A DNA stretch of 62,886 nt, filler included, from Choristocarpus tenellus KU-1152 (GCA_964200185.2; 10 parts of 10 records of this genome joined end to end with filler, not necessarily neighbours in it); one strand, 5' to 3'; shown: positions 38,481-52,315, numbered from the whole stretch's first letter. The notes: a model not told the origin generated them from the letters alone. A program made the numbers and translations.

Positions 38481-40846
38481 AACACACCCAGAGGATAGGG
38501 ACAAATTTGTGAAAGTGCTTTGCAGGCTCTCTTTCTCCAGTACTACTATAGCAATACCAAATAACTGCACCATTAATCCCTAACCCTAACCCATTCTCAA
38601 TGCATTCTAAAATTAAAAATGCCAAAAGCCTACAACAACGTGAATAACAACTAAGAGCGCTCCATAACTCAAAAATTTGGTATGCATCACCAGCATGGAG
38701 AATCACCCTTTCCCTATTGTCCCTCACAGCACCCACAGCCAAGGCAGTGCCACTCACAACAAATCGCTCAACCACAGTACCAACTCTCAAATAAAAACAA
38801 TACCCCACGTTATACCATAGGCCTTCTGCTCCTCCATCCTACCCTCTCACTCTCTCCACGGCACTAGCGTGTGTTGTCCTCCATCTACCAAACATCCCAA
38901 CGCCAAACACAACGCCCCTTGCTTTGGACTAGAACCAACTCCGGATCACTGGGCATGCACCCAGAAATCCTACCTGCGTTTGAAGAGAACTAAACTCCAA
39001 ACGAAAATAAAACAACTGGGCCATCATCCTACCAGGCACCAAGGTTTGGAACACACACTCTTACCACACTACAGCGCATCAAAATTACTCCCTCTTCCTC
39101 TCCCTCTCCCTCTTCCCCCCTTCCCTCCTCCACGCCCCCCCCTACCCCCCATTTTTCCTCTCCCTCTCCCCCTTCCCCNNNNNNNNNNNNNNNNNNNNNN
39201 NNNNNNNNNNNNNNNNNNNNNNTTAATTAATTAANNNNNNNNNNNNNNNNNNNNNNNNNNNNNNNNNNNNNNNNNNNNTTCCTTTCTTTATTGGTCTTTG
39301 CAGGTTTTTTTTGTGTTCTTGTGTGGGGGGGGGGGGGGGGGGGGGGGGGTTACTGTACTTCCTTTAGTTTTAGTTCTTCTGAAGTAGGCATTGCTCGTAA
39401 CTGACACCTGGTTGAACTTGCTTGTGGCCAATCAAGTACTCAAAAAAAGTTGTTTTAAAGTCAGTATTTTGAGTCAGAATAGGACGTACTATTAACAATT
39501 TGATGTGAGCAGGAGGCGTTTGTGTGTAGGGCACCGTTGTGAGCATCCGCCTCCCTGGGGGCTCTTCATACAATGCTTCTACAACAGTTCAACTTCAACA
39601 AGAGGTTATTGGGGGGCCGAGCACTCTGCAGGAGGTGGTAGGATTTAAGCAGTACCTCAATGTGTATTTTGACTCGTTTTCGTGGTTTGAGTACAATCAT
39701 TCTGTTCTCTTTTTGTACATGTGAGTGCAGGTTTGAGAACATCATCTCTTCTGTTGGGTCTGCTGCCTGCCCTGCCTGATTTTGGAGCTATATCCTCTCT
39801 ATTAAGGGGGTGTTGTTGATTTTTGGGGCCACTTGCGACTGACATCCATGTCACTCTATGTGTGTGTGTGCCACTGTGGGTGGCGATTGTATGTGTACAT
39901 GGATGAGAGCTTTGTCCTCACCACTACAGATATAACCTTCCAAGATGAGTAGGCTGCACTTCAGGTGTGGGAATGGGGTGTCTGTCAGGCAGGAAGCTTG
40001 AAAAAACTTGAACACTCATAAATGGGTGTTGATTATGTTAAGAGCTAAAGCAATTGATAGGTAGGCAGGCTTGAACCCTTCTGCTTTCTAAGCCATCTTT
40101 CTCACCCTCCGTAATACACCCTATTTCATTGCATGATGTGCACAATATTGAACGCAAAATGGATATTCCCCTTTTTTTCCACATACAAACCAACATCACA
40201 ACTAAGCAAGGTTCTTTCCGTGATTGTACAACATGCTCATTTTTTTCGTTTCTTGGGCTCCTTAGAATGCGACCCTGCTCTCCAATTGGCTTGCCTTGAC
40301 TCTCGTATCCTTATTTAATTGCATCTTGGATTCATCCTCCTAATAATGTAGACTCGTCACAACGAAGAAAGGGGTGAAACAGGAAAGCCTCTAGACCTTG
40401 AGCAAGAACACCTGAACGTTTGAAATGGAGCTTTCTCCATGATCGATTGTTGCCATGTCTGTCAAATCAAAAACCTTCAATCCTCCAATCAGATCCATCC
40501 AAACTCAAATGGAATTGACTGAACTTCAAAATAGAATTACAAATAGACGCTAAGAATGCGAGTAACTGGTTTATTTCTGTTAACTAGGTAGTAAGTAGGG
40601 TAAAATAAAAACGAATACCCTTCAATGCTCTAGTAATATACCAGACTGAGAATGTAACTAAGGGGTGGGGTGACCATCACTTGTTGTGAAAGCAGCACAT
40701 ATGGAATGATGGGGTGAGGTAGTCGGATTTAATTCCCTTTTTGGCAATGAGATATATCAACTACAAACTAGTGTTGTGTTGAGCTGATACGGGACGAAAA
40801 CGGCACTTTCAATTCTATAGTGTTGGCTGTCACCTCTAGGATCATA

Positions 40847-41157
40847 CCCGCCTCGATTTTTTTGAAAAGGTTGCCCAACGAGTTAAACGACGATCAGCAT
40901 ATCGAATGAAAGCTCTTGATCTAAGGTATCGATTTCCGGAAAGGAATTCTTTCGGATTTTTTTTTGGTAAGGTTATATTTTAACCAATGCTTTCAGCACA
41001 ACCTTGAAAATGTTCCGGAATGAATGATCACAACCAAAAATATTTTTCCGAAAGAATCCTTTCCGGAAATCGATAGCCTAGATCCAGAGCTTTCATTTGA
41101 TATGCTGATCGTTGATTAACTCATTGGGCAACCTTTTAAAAAAAAAATCAAGGTTGG
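40847..41157. repeat. Long imperfect inverted repeat (foldback/MITE-like), arms ~110 bp
   Basis: AAAAGGTTGCCCAA.GAGTTAA...GATCAGCATATC.AATGAAAGCTCT.GATCTA...ATCGATTTCCGGAAAGGA and its reverse complement at ~41045-41157. Confidence 0.85.
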
Positions 41158-41206
41158 TCACCGCCAAAACGGTACGTGGGCTAACCTCGGCTTAATACTG
41201 TTTTAG

Positions 41207-41552
41207 CCACTCAGAGGACACGATTCTGGTTGAGCGTCGTCGAGGACAATGCTTGATGCTTCCACAGCACCGATGTGAATTGAACCCGATAGAGTTGATC
41301 TGGGGACGGGCGAAGCACTATGTACGAGGCCACTGTGACTACACGTTGCCTGGAATGAGACCCAAGATTCCTGTCAGTCTTAAGGAGGAAGGGGGGCTGT
41401 CTAGAGTAGTTGTGGAGATATTCCTCAGGATGAGTATTGCTTGCCGCCTGATATATTCCAATGAGAAAGGCACAGAGTACACCAAATTGGACAGGGTGTA
41501 CAAGACATTTAAGTCTCACAGGAGGCCTGCACCTTCAGAGTACCTCATTTGA
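41207..41552 (+). mobile_element. Tc1/IS630-like DDE transposase, C-terminal fragment
   Basis: LPQHRCELNPIELIWGRAKHYVRGHCDYT...FKSHRR matches the CELNPIE..W..AK...R and KSHRR motifs. Confidence 0.8.
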
Positions 41553-42106
41553 CTTGGCATGGATTGTCTGGTTCAGAGGCCTGGGCCCCCATGAGGGAGC
41601 CTTAGTCAGCAGGTGACAACATCGCATAAACGAGAAATAATGGAAGGAGAATGAAGAGACAACAAGGCCATGTTCTCCGTGTGAAGATGACCTCTTCTGG
41701 CGTCAAAATCATCCTTGAATATGAGGTTCGCGCGCGCAGCGCTACACCCCCCGCACGAACTTGCGCGCGGACTATTTGAGTATGGTCCCAAAATTCTCAC
41801 GATTACTGCAAGTTGGCGAACCTAGACCCATCAAATAAGGTTAAGCATGCTCATGCGATTATAACAAACGAATATATATGAAAAAATTCGTTGTTGATAC
41901 TAAAGTTGATGTAGGAGGCGACTGCCAACACTGTACTTCAATATACTCAATCGTGAGAGATGACATACGTACCAAATCCGACCGAATCAGACTTTATCCA
42001 ATCAAAGATAAGGCTGGAAATAGAAATAAAAATTATGACGTTTGAGTCATCATCGCCACTCACACACACTAACAAACATATTTGAGGGCAAACTCTATCT
42101 GTAACG

Positions 42107-43457
42107 ATGGCTAAGATCTTGCTATCGCTTGCCTTGTGCCTGTCAAGCGTGAGTGCCTTCTCAATTGGTGGGGTATCTTCCTCATTACTGCGTCCGAAAA
42201 AGTCTTTGCAGAGCGATGGAGCCAATGTTGGGAAAGGTCTACCAAGGGGTAAGTTGATGACATGTTAGTAGGAGATAACGTTGACAGTGAAACCATCTCA
42301 GGGCTCGACTCTTAGGTCATGTCGGTGAACAGAAGATCATACAGTTCAATCATGAAGGTGTGTCCAATTCTCCGTCGGTTGTATCACGGCCCCCTCTTGC
42401 CTCCTTGACCTATGCACAGGCTGGGTATTACAACCACACCAAATCCGTGACGTTCGCACCCAGCAACTCTCAGTTGCCATTCCGGCGTCATCCTTCCCTC
42501 CCCAGAATGACACATCCTCTCAAGTCGCATCTATGATCAATGGGGGGGCAACTGTTGAACCCCGTTCTCGAAGCCCTATCAAAGTCTACATGAGCCTTCT
42601 GGCTCGCCGTCCAATCCTGACGAAGATTGTCACCTCTGGTGTGATTTGTGGTCTCGGTGATATAGTTGCGCAAGCCCTTATGTTTGGCGGAATTGGTGCC
42701 AAGTTCTTTGGGGCGTTGGATATTCGCCGTCTTATCACATACGCAATGATGGGGGCCCTTTACTTGGCTCCTATTGTTCACTACTGGTTCGATGCTATTG
42801 ACCGAATTGGTCCAATGAACAAGACTCTTCCTGCTCGGACGCGTAAGGCTGGGAAAATGGTGGCCCTCGACCAACTTATCGGGGCGCCCATTGTGAATGG
42901 CGGGTGAGTTTCACTTCACCTCCGACCTTTTTCGTATTAGCCTTTTTGCTTCTCATCAACGTCAACCTGTTCGTTCTTTCCCCCACCAGAATTGCTCTAA
43001 GAATTTAAGGTACCATCTCTCGTTGTTAGGGAAGAAATTGTGCGAACAAAAGTCGATATTTTTCAACTTGTGCCACTACGACGAGAATCAGAGTCTGTTC
43101 GTGCGAAGAAGGCATATCTCCTCCTGTTTCTCCCCTTGAATGACATAATATGAACTGGCGAGGATAGCACTGTGACTCACCCTACTCGTATCACCTTCTT
43201 CCCCTGGCTGCATCAGGTTCATTTTCTTGTTCTCCTATCTTACAATGCTAACCACTGGCGGCTTCAAGGTCAACCCGGGGAAGGAGTCCTACTCAAAGCT
43301 TGTTGCAAGTATTTGGCCCACACTACAAGGCTGCTGGAGGATCTGGCCGTTGGCCAACTTCATCAACTTCATGGTTGTGCCGGTCCATTTGCGTGTTCTT
43401 TTCATGAACTTTATAGGACTCGGTTGGAATATTTTCCTCTCTTCAGCCGTAAATTGA
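42107..43457 (+). CDS. Mpv17/PMP22-family membrane protein with bipartite plastid presequence, complete 3-exon gene, 288 aa
   Basis: Exons 42107-42248, 42420-42903, 43217-43457 (867 nt, phases match). N-terminus MAKILLSLALCLSSVSA-FS. Family motifs PILTKIVTSGVICGLGDIVAQ, ALDQLIGAP and WRIWPLANFINFMVVPVHLRVLFMNFIGLGWNIFLS. Confidence 0.92.
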
Positions 43458-45444
43458 ACACATACGAGACTCAAGGATTTCGTTTCAACATCAGCATAAA
43501 AAGAGGGCGTGCACTATCCTGCAGTGCAAATGTCTCAACATACTGTTGAGCCTAGAATGACAATCGTGTGTAAATTACCCTTTTTGTTATTGAGTTCTAC
43601 TCATATTTAGACCATGCTAGAGCAGTAACAGTCACTGTGGACACTATGGAGGAGTTACTGTACTGGTAGAAGTGCTTCACGTTTTTTTAACTTCCAGGAT
43701 AAGGCATGTGCTATGTGTGACTAGACTTCCCTCCCACTTGCAAGTTTATAGATTATTGACAGGGGGTGTTGGTAATATTGGTAGCTGTGCCTCACTATTT
43801 TACTCGAAGGATGAGGCACATGCTATATGTGACCAGACTTCTCCTTACTCACAAGCTTACAGAATATTGAGTGGTGAGTACAGATAACGCCCTCTTCTAC
43901 CTGTGGATGGGAAAGAGGTTGCCCACTTGCTTACATATACCTTGGAATATGAAGTGTTGTTTCATGCTGGGATTTTGATCCACACAGTAGCCAGTGTGAA
44001 GCAAGGGTTTCATGGGTCATGCAGTTACGACTGCTAGAGATGGACATAAGTCCGACACCCTCCCTGCCTTCCTCCTCCTCAACCCCCCATTACCGTATCA
44101 TTCATCACTGCATACCATACTCCAGATGTATTTTTGGGGCATTTTCTAGTTGACCCTGGGAAGGCGTACAGAAATTCTGTTGCCATTTCCATATTTTCCT
44201 GTGCTCAACCCCCTTGCTCTGTGTACACATCAAAGTATGTGGTGTGTGTTATCAAAGCAGCAAATTGNNNNNNNNNNNNNNNNNNNNNNNNNNNNNNNNN
44301 NNNNNNNNNNNTTAATTAATTAANNNNNNNNNNNNNNNNNNNNNNNNNNNNNNNNNNNNNNNNNNNNGGGGGATGCAGCACTCCATAACAACGGAAATAT
44401 TTCCTTTTTATATCAGAAATTTCCCATAAACTAATCTAACGGTATATGGCATACGGCAATAACGGTATAATAACAGACAAACATGCTTTCCACATATGCG
44501 CATGTTTGTTCAAATGGAAATAACATGTTTGATGCATGTTTTAGACCATAGTGTCACAATCACAACACAGACAGTGTGTGCTTTGAACTGGAATGTTATG
44601 GGCATAACTTGGAGTAATGTGCGTTATGGACTGGAGAGTTAGGAGGGGTAAAAAACATGTTTTTCTCCATGTTTTCGTCTCAAGTGTTGCGGGCGTAACA
44701 TACTAACAGTGTTGAGCGTTGTGTTGTTCCAGGGTGTGAAATATCGTTGACTGCACCACAAACGTTCGCATATGTCGAACTGCGCACAAGACGTATCGAA
44801 CATAGGTTTAAGGGTTGTAGAAGACGATTGCACCCAAAAATGATGCCATTGCTTGGGGGGAAATGTGTGGCGATATCGATATTGTGGGAATACGGAGGGG
44901 TTGTTTTTCGTAGGGTCAAATGCACGTATGAGGACGAGAGAGTTCCAAAGATGATGCTTAGGGAACATGCAGGTGTAAAGGTGATTTGGGGTGCATAACG
45001 AGACGCACTACTGGTGGATGCATATAGTTTGTGATAATTTGCGAGGAGACGACCTTCGGAAGTGTGGGATTAGGGTTGAAGGGTAGCGTACAAGGGAAAA
45101 GCTCAAAATCACCAACATATATGTACGGTTGGTAGAACCACTAACGACATTAATCCCAAAGCAGTTATGAGGTAGGCAAGGTTGCGTTTAAAGCATTCCC
45201 AGAAATGGGCAAAAGACTTTTTTTCGTACAATTCTGGAAAGGGCCTTTGCTGAATTTGTCGTGCTACTTTTTGTGTGGAAAGGGGAAATATCAATTTTGC
45301 GGACACAATTGCGCGCATAGAGCAAATGAAATAGGCTGTGTTGTACCTGCGTAATAACAATGTCTTAGACTGAAATGACCAAAACCTGTCTACTTCTCAA
45401 TTTTATCTTCAAGGACGAGCGAATGCCACAAACCCGTTATAGAT

Positions 45445-45520
45445 TATGTATGTATGTATGTATGTATGTATGTATGTATGTATGTATGTATGTATGTATG
45501 TATGTATGTATGTATGTATG
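45445..45520 (+). repeat. (TATG)19 microsatellite
   Basis: Perfect tetranucleotide array abutting a MITE terminus. Confidence 0.95.
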
Positions 45521-45776
45521 AGACAGAACATTTTAGAGGGTAGGGCCACTTCTGTTCGGGGTCATAAATCCAATATTGCGATTGTGCTTCATTTGGGTAT
45601 CATGTTTGCTAGCAAGTGCCAGTATCCTTGCCCTAGGCACAAGTTTCATAGTTGTATACATTTTTGGTAACTGTGTTCACTCAGAAAACCGAAAAAGGGC
45701 ATAAAAAAACCGTGGAAAGCCAAGCCCTGAACGGACAAACAGGGAAAAATTCCTACCCTCTTAAATGCTTTGGGTC
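45520..45776. mobile_element. Diverged MITE related to family A
   Basis: Imperfect 25-bp TIR GAGACAGAACATTTTAGAGGGTAGG / CCTACCCTCTTAAATGCTTTGGGTC; the internal GGACAAACAGGGAAAAATTC is shared with family A. Confidence 0.65.
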
Positions 45777-47109
45777 TATGTATATATGTATGCGTGTATG
45801 TGTGCGTGTGTATGCGCCTTGCAAAAAGCAACACCTAGATAAGTAAGTAGCTTGATTGAACTGCTATCCCACCCACTACTGCCTGTTGAATGTTTGAATG
45901 TTTTAATTTCTTCACGGATCCCTTTTCCTTCTTTCTTGGTCTATTTTTTGCGTCTTATTTTTTGTGATGTACATGATGAGATGAGTGGAATTAAAATATG
46001 GATAATCCAGATATGACCCTGAGAGTAATCAAATCTTTGGAGAGAGGTCCATAAACCCCAGTTGTGTAGTAACCAGCATATAAGGTATTATTAAGCATTC
46101 TTCCTGACACCTCATTTCCATACCTCTTATATATACCTAACCCTTCTTAAGGAAGAGGCTGTCGTTATGGATGAGGAGATAGAAAATGTTTGTCCACGTG
46201 ATAATAAATGCAAAATTGCTCCTCATATTGCTTGCTGGAAGCACATTAACCAGATGGGAGTCACAGGGGCCCCAAATACTCAAGAACATTCCTTCCAAGA
46301 TAGGATAGCTCTGATTTCTCGTTTTCCCAAAGGACCTTGACAATACACGTGTGGCATTATTGACTATCTAACCCATCTACTTTGGTCTTACTCCATTTAG
46401 TCTGTAGTATGAGCATAATACCCAGCACCTCTTAAATATTATGTAAATCCTCGTTGTTCCGTTAGTTTAGTAGTGAAAGTGATCAAAGCATCAATTGATT
46501 CTGTGGGTTCGAACCCCCTCCAAGTTCAACATGGCAAACACTACGGATTGTTCGTTGGCACTATCCTATCTGTCTCTATACCTCAAAAAACGCTGGAACC
46601 CGAACACAAGGAGATGGCAAGAATTCATTGTGGAATGACACCAACGCAGGTCCAACAAAAGATTTGAGGGAGGTCGAGTAAAGAGGAGTGGGATGGTTGG
46701 GCCCAACTCTCGAATAACAAGGCAGAAATGGAGAAGCATTGCAATCAATCGTAGTCATTTTTGTAACAGTTGGTTGGTATAGGTAGAGTAACATGTACTG
46801 CAGAGTTTAGTACCTCTGACCACGAGCCAGAGTAAACCTTGCTGGGAAGTGATTAAGTAGATATACCAGTGTTTTTATCCCAACGATTTGTTCCCCCTTT
46901 TTTCATCTTGTACGTTTATTCGTTTCGGCACTTGTTAAGCGTGTCGAGCATTATTACAGCATTACTTTCTGTGGTACAAGTTGCGCAATGAATGGACCCT
47001 CTTGATGGAGGGATGCTTGTCCCCAGCCAAAACAAATACCCTCAAAAATGAAACACGAAATGGTAGCAATGCACCCACCCAATTGTGGGTTATTGATCTC
47101 GATGGAATT

Positions 47110-47173
47110 GAGTCAAAGTATCTTAGAGGGTAGAGCCGCGTCCATTTAGTGGCCAAAATCCAATGTTGCGATT
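47110..47173. mobile_element. MITE family A, left end (cut by the contig end)
   Basis: GAGTCAAAGTATCTTAGAGGGTAGAGCCGCGTCCATTT, as at 53973. Confidence 0.8.
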
Positions 47174-47273
47174 NNNNNNNNNNNNNNNNNNNNNNNNNNN
47201 NNNNNNNNNNNNNNNNNTTAATTAATTAANNNNNNNNNNNNNNNNNNNNNNNNNNNNNNNNNNNNNNNNNNNN

Positions 47274-47328
47274 GGTCAAGCCCATCCTCAATAAAAAGTT
47301 CCATCCTCAATTTTTGAAATCGGCTGTT
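47274..47328. mobile_element. MITE family C, terminal fragment
   Basis: CCATCCTCAATTTTTGAAATCGGCTGTT terminus at the contig start. Confidence 0.8.
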
Positions 47329-47699
47329 AAATCACGTGTACGAGGTAACCAAGAAGGGCCATGTCGATATATCCGGACTTGTACATCATTCCTCAACATT
47401 AAGTCGCACTCATTACACAATTTGTGGTACAAGATTCATATCGGAATTTGGTGTACACCTTGACTCACTCCTTCAACCTTCACTTACAAGTATTATTACA
47501 CATTTTTTCCCTACTACTGAGTTGTGAAGCACAAATTAGTTGAATGACAGGTTGTCCTAGTTTGAAGAAATTGTACAACAGTTGACTGTGGTTTCTTTTT
47601 GGATCTTTTTCGTGAGAAATTTCTTGAGGCTCATTTGATAGAGAATTTGAGAGCATGTGGCTCAGAGGTTGAGACAGTTGTTTCCCTACGTAAGTTCTG

Positions 47700-48300
47700 G
47701 GCGTTCTAACCCCTTCAACAAAGATCTGGTTTCGATGAAGTAAATCCACATGTCGAGCATAACGAACGGATCTACGTGCATACTACCCTCCCTCTCTGTG
47801 GCTTTTACCACAAAAAACGCCGAATCAAGATTGAGGTGGACGCTTTGAGAGGTGTCCAGCAGCACAAGATTCGAGGGAAGAGACGTCTCTGAGTGACGAG
47901 AGGTGGGAGTGCTGAACCCAACGCGCAAGGAGCAAGGTAGGAACAGGAGGAAAAACAATTAATTGTAGCGTAACACATGGTGTAAGAAGTAGTGCAGTGC
48001 CTCTGACAACGGACCAGGTTGGAATACTCCCAAGAGCAATGCGAAGACCGTATTACTACCATCAAAATATGAGCGATTCTCATTTTATATAGTTATTACT
48101 ATCAACCTCTGCCTACCTGTACCCCCTTTGTTGAGGTAATGTAGAGCATCATGTGTTGCTGGCCGTACCTTCAGTGTTGAATACTCCAATACATATTTCT
48201 GCACATTGAATGAAAGATAGCCTATTTCTTCGTAACAGGTTTGTCTACCATTCTCGTATATTTCTGGTGCAGTCATGCGACTCAGTGCTATTCTCATTGT
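47700..48300 (-). mobile_element. Highly decayed Ty1/copia integrase remnant
   Basis: Fragments TLPQQRG (cf. TPQQNG), LSEALHY and ARHVD (cf. SRDV.F) occur in the expected order but in different frames. Confidence 0.35.
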
Positions 48301-48629
48301 TCACTACAACCAAACCAATACATTATTATAATAGCAGGAGGTGCATGCATCAAACTTGTCGACAACAGGTTAAATATATCAAGGATACAGGGGTTAGGGG
48401 TTCCCAGTCACTATCAATACCACCATTTTCAAAGGGGATGCCATATTGGCAATGTGTTCAATGAATAGTCGAGTCACTGCTGTGCTGATAGCAACAACTT
48501 TCTTTCCATGCATGCTTGGCTATATGGGTACTGCTTCCCCTTAGCAACTACTAGTACAACACCCGTTCCCCATTGTAGCACCTACTCACCAATTCCACTT
48601 TACCACTGATTACAAAGAGCCAATAGTAA

Positions 48630-48858
48630 ACGAGAAATTGCATTTTTAGGATGCTGGCAAATATGTGCAAACTTCAGCTTTTTCCTACAAACACGTGTAG
48701 GATATGTTCTTGATTCGGTCGAAAAGTCTCAAACAATTGAGAAATCAACACTCTCAAGTCAACCTTAGCAATTCATCCATAGAAATATGGGTGGATTGCA
48801 AAAGACTAAAAAACTGGCTAAAAATGCAAAACGACCAAAACCTGGGTAGTACCTCTCT
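48630..48858. mobile_element. MITE family D, diverged copy
   Basis: Colinear similarity to 12787-13014 (AGGATGC..GCAAATATGTGCAAA, GAGAAATCAAC, CATAGAAATATG, AAAACGACCAAAA). Confidence 0.7.
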
Positions 48859-49948
48859 CTTACTGCTCAAACCCTCGCACAGTTCTGACCCACTTACTTC
48901 ATACGTTGTTCTTACGCTTAGGCAAGACTGGAAGCAGTCTTGTGACTGTACTCGATCGCAACCATGTGGTTGCGTACTGCTGTAAGAACCCTAAACTCGT
49001 AAGATAGTTTGAAATTTCGTCAAGTAGCATGAAAGACAAGGTTGCTTGAGTTATCAAGACAGAAGATTCTCAACAAGAGTTACAGTTGACATTCCAGTGA
49101 TATTGACCGTTTCAACCTGCCCCATCAGTCCTCCTGTACCAGTAACACAACTTGCCGACTGCATATTTGTGCCCCTTTCCCTGAGCATAGGACTACTTTA
49201 CGTTGAATATTAAATACATTAGACTCATATTGTGTAAGGAATAATGAAATAGTGCCCATTCCCGATGGTGGATGAGGTTCCACCGTTCATGGGGGCATTG
49301 GGAAGTCATGGAGAGGTAGTCCACTAGTCGTTTCAATGGCACATCACCATTTCCACCTAATGATAAGCAAAATTATGTATAAAAGGACAAGACAACTAAC
49401 AGCAGCCACCTGAACTACCCTCAAAAGGCCAATCTTCCGATAAACCCATACCCATCTCCATTCACCCTAGCAATTGGTAGCCTTGCAAGCGGCATGTTAA
49501 AAAAAACTATAATATGTAACTACTAAATAACTTAGCGATACTTCCGGTAACCTTAATAACCCACGACCTTGCAGCTAAAATTTCGTTACTCGAATTTCTT
49601 TTTTCACATCACTAGGCACAAAAAAATGATGTGTCTCCCTCACATAAACACTACATTCACGTAGCAGTCTTGAGATGAGCAAGCATCCCGTGGAGCTCTG
49701 TAGACGGAGCTTCCTTTCTTGACTGAGGTACTATTCCACCACTATCTCAAGATTGATCAAGACAAAAAGAATAGGGTGCTTGACAACTTCTTCCTACTGT
49801 CTCATAAATCCCTCCATGTTCCTCTTAAATCACAGTCAAGAGTCTAATGACCTCAGAACCTCATAGGCGACTCCTATTCCCAACCCAACCCTTCCCAACA
49901 GCACAGTTTTTCCCTGCCAACACATAGCCCTATCCTATCCCAACTTCC

Positions 49949-51224
49949 TCATAAGCCGATCCAATGGGACCGTCCATTAGGGTTGTGAATGGGAGACGGT
50001 GTTGGAGAGGTGAGAGCCCACTCATACCAGACCTTGGTATCGGAAGTGCATCGCCAGAAGTGCACTTCCACTTTGTCACCAGGTTTCAATACTACAGGAT
50101 TACGTAAGGGGATATACAGCGGAAACCAACTGAACATGCCCTGAGAACAAGCAGAGAGTACAAGAGCATAGGCGGCAGGAGGAACGAAATAGACAAGAGA
50201 TTCAAAGAGACGGTGGAGGGCAAGGTGTATTGATGACCAAAAAAATAGTCAGAACGCGAAGCGAGGGGACCTAGAGGAACTACAAGGGTGAAAGAAGAGT
50301 ATTTTCTTTATTGACAAAGTGATAGCAAGTAGGTGGAATATTTAAAACGAAATATTCAAAAATTCAGCCAGAAAATTCTCGGAAACATCACATGCTCTCT
50401 TGTCCTTCAAGAATTAGAAATAATAGTGAGGACATCAATACAACACAACCTGACTAAATATCTTCCATGGAAAAGGTACACTGCATACAGGATATGCAAA
50501 GAGATTGTACACATGGAGGGTTCACATGTTAGAAACATAACACTACCTGAATATTTCAAAATATAATATAGAGACAAAAGAAGGCATACCTAAAAACTCA
50601 CATCCATCATAGACATCTTCTTATTTTCATACACAATCTGTAATACTTGCGCTTTGCTATGCAGGCTCAAGCTGTGGAACACTTCATTGCCTGTTCAAAA
50701 GTAGAACCGATCATATCTGTCCATTGGCGTCAACTTTTTCTATCCTCCAAATTTCATTTCGATGGCTTTATCATCTTTGTCTCTAATCCATTCAAACCCT
50801 TTGCTTTCATACCTAACCAAGGTCTAGGATTAAATCCCATGCTCCAAGATAATAAAATATATATCTTGCAATTCATCCACCCTTACCATACTTAAGGAAA
50901 TGTAAGTTATGTTGAACTTTTCATTGAAAATAACATGTCAAAAGTCTGGGATGGGACTACATTTCACAAACATTGTTCAGACGCAATTCTTACATGTATC
51001 GCCTCAGTAAAATAGATAACGATAACATCCCTTCGTTGGTACGTGAGATCATGGAGATGGCTAAGAAAGGAGATGTTGGGATTATTAAAAAAAGAACAGG
51101 GCTGAAAAAAACGACTCGACCATTTGTCCCTCACCTCAGAAAATGTCTTGGGCACAATGCTAATGTGGATGTTGGCAAACAATCTCGAGTCAAAGAAGCC
51201 AGCAAACCCATGGAGGATAGACGC
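49949..51224 (-). CDS. PRMT5: Protein arginine N-methyltransferase 5, last two exons
   Basis: Exon 51224-51135 ASILHGFAGFFDSRLF...; exon 50140-49949 GMFSWFPLYIPL...WRCTSDTKVWYEW...IHNPNGRSHWIGL*; GT-AG, phase 0. Confidence 0.93.
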
Positions 51225-51729
51225 CTGACCATAGACCAAACAAAGGCAGAGAGGTTGGAGGAGCATGAGGTGCTGTCGGGCAAAGACCATACAGGGACAG
51301 CTCATGACAAACAAGGGTACATCTCCACAGAGCAAAGTGTCAGATTCTAAGACAAAAGCCCCACAATAAACAAATACATAAAAAAAGAATTTTCCTAGTC
51401 TATAAATTAACTCAGTTCCAAGAGTAAGAAAATAATAATAATAGTAATAATAATACCATACTCTGGGAGCAAAACATAACAACCACTGTAGTATTAATAT
51501 TAAAAAAATGTTGAGAACAAAGGTGATTTTTTTTTATGAGTAATGAGAGAGAGAAAGAGAGAGAGAGAGAGCTCTAGCAAAAAAAAAAATAGAGCACTTC
51601 TTACTTTGAAGAGAGTATTCAACCTCTATTGATTTGCCCTGCTCCAAAAATAATAAAAAAAAATCCTGAGACAAAATTGCACAGAAAAAAAGTAATTATA
51701 AAAAAAAAAGTTTCACCGCAGCAACATAG

Positions 51730-51910
51730 TGAAAGACTTCTACACTTGAAAACCACTTCGTGAACTACTAAGAAAGACTTAAGTGACTAATGAAAGACTG
51801 CTACACTTGAAAACCACTTCATGAACTACTAAGAAAGACTTCAGTGACTAATGAAAGACTACTGCACTTGAAAACCACTTCATGAACTACTAAGAAAGAC
51901 ATAAGTGACT
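51730..51910 (+). repeat. Tandem repeat, 61 bp x3 (PRMT5 intron)
   Basis: Units start at 51730, 51791 and 51852. Confidence 0.9.
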
Positions 51911-52315
51911 ACCACGTTCAGGTTAAAAAAAAAAATCAACAGCAGCCATTTCCCGTCAAAAGCACTCTCCAGTTCGACACATCAACCAATCAAAATGTAA
52001 ATCACACACCACAACGGACCAATAGGATCCACACCTCCTCCAACACAATACAAGATAGTACAAACAATATTAACCTCAAGCACACCCTGCGAGCAGAGGC
52101 TGCATCTCCCTGTCACAACACAATGATTTAATATATATATATTTTTTTATTATTTTTTCTACCGACATCTTGAAAAAAAACTCCCAGAACCATAACACCA
52201 CACATCAAAAACAAAGAACCATAATAATAATAATAATAATAATAATAATATATTTTTGAGTATTCAGTCGACAGCCTACAACTAAAAAACCCCCCATTGA
52301 CAGTAGGCACTGAAC

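Noticed and set aside
39500-40460. Possible minus-strand gene (MATIDHGESSISNVQ...)
   Set aside because: Candidate exons hit stops, and no consistent model or homology was evident.
45446-45670. ORF with MYVC repeats, and similar poly-Y, poly-P and GLGL/RVRV ORFs
   Set aside because: These are translations of microsatellites, homopolymers or telomeric tracts.
50964-51482. 172-aa minus-strand ORF
   Set aside because: Only the 30-aa PRMT5 exon (51224-51135) is real; the rest is intron read-through.
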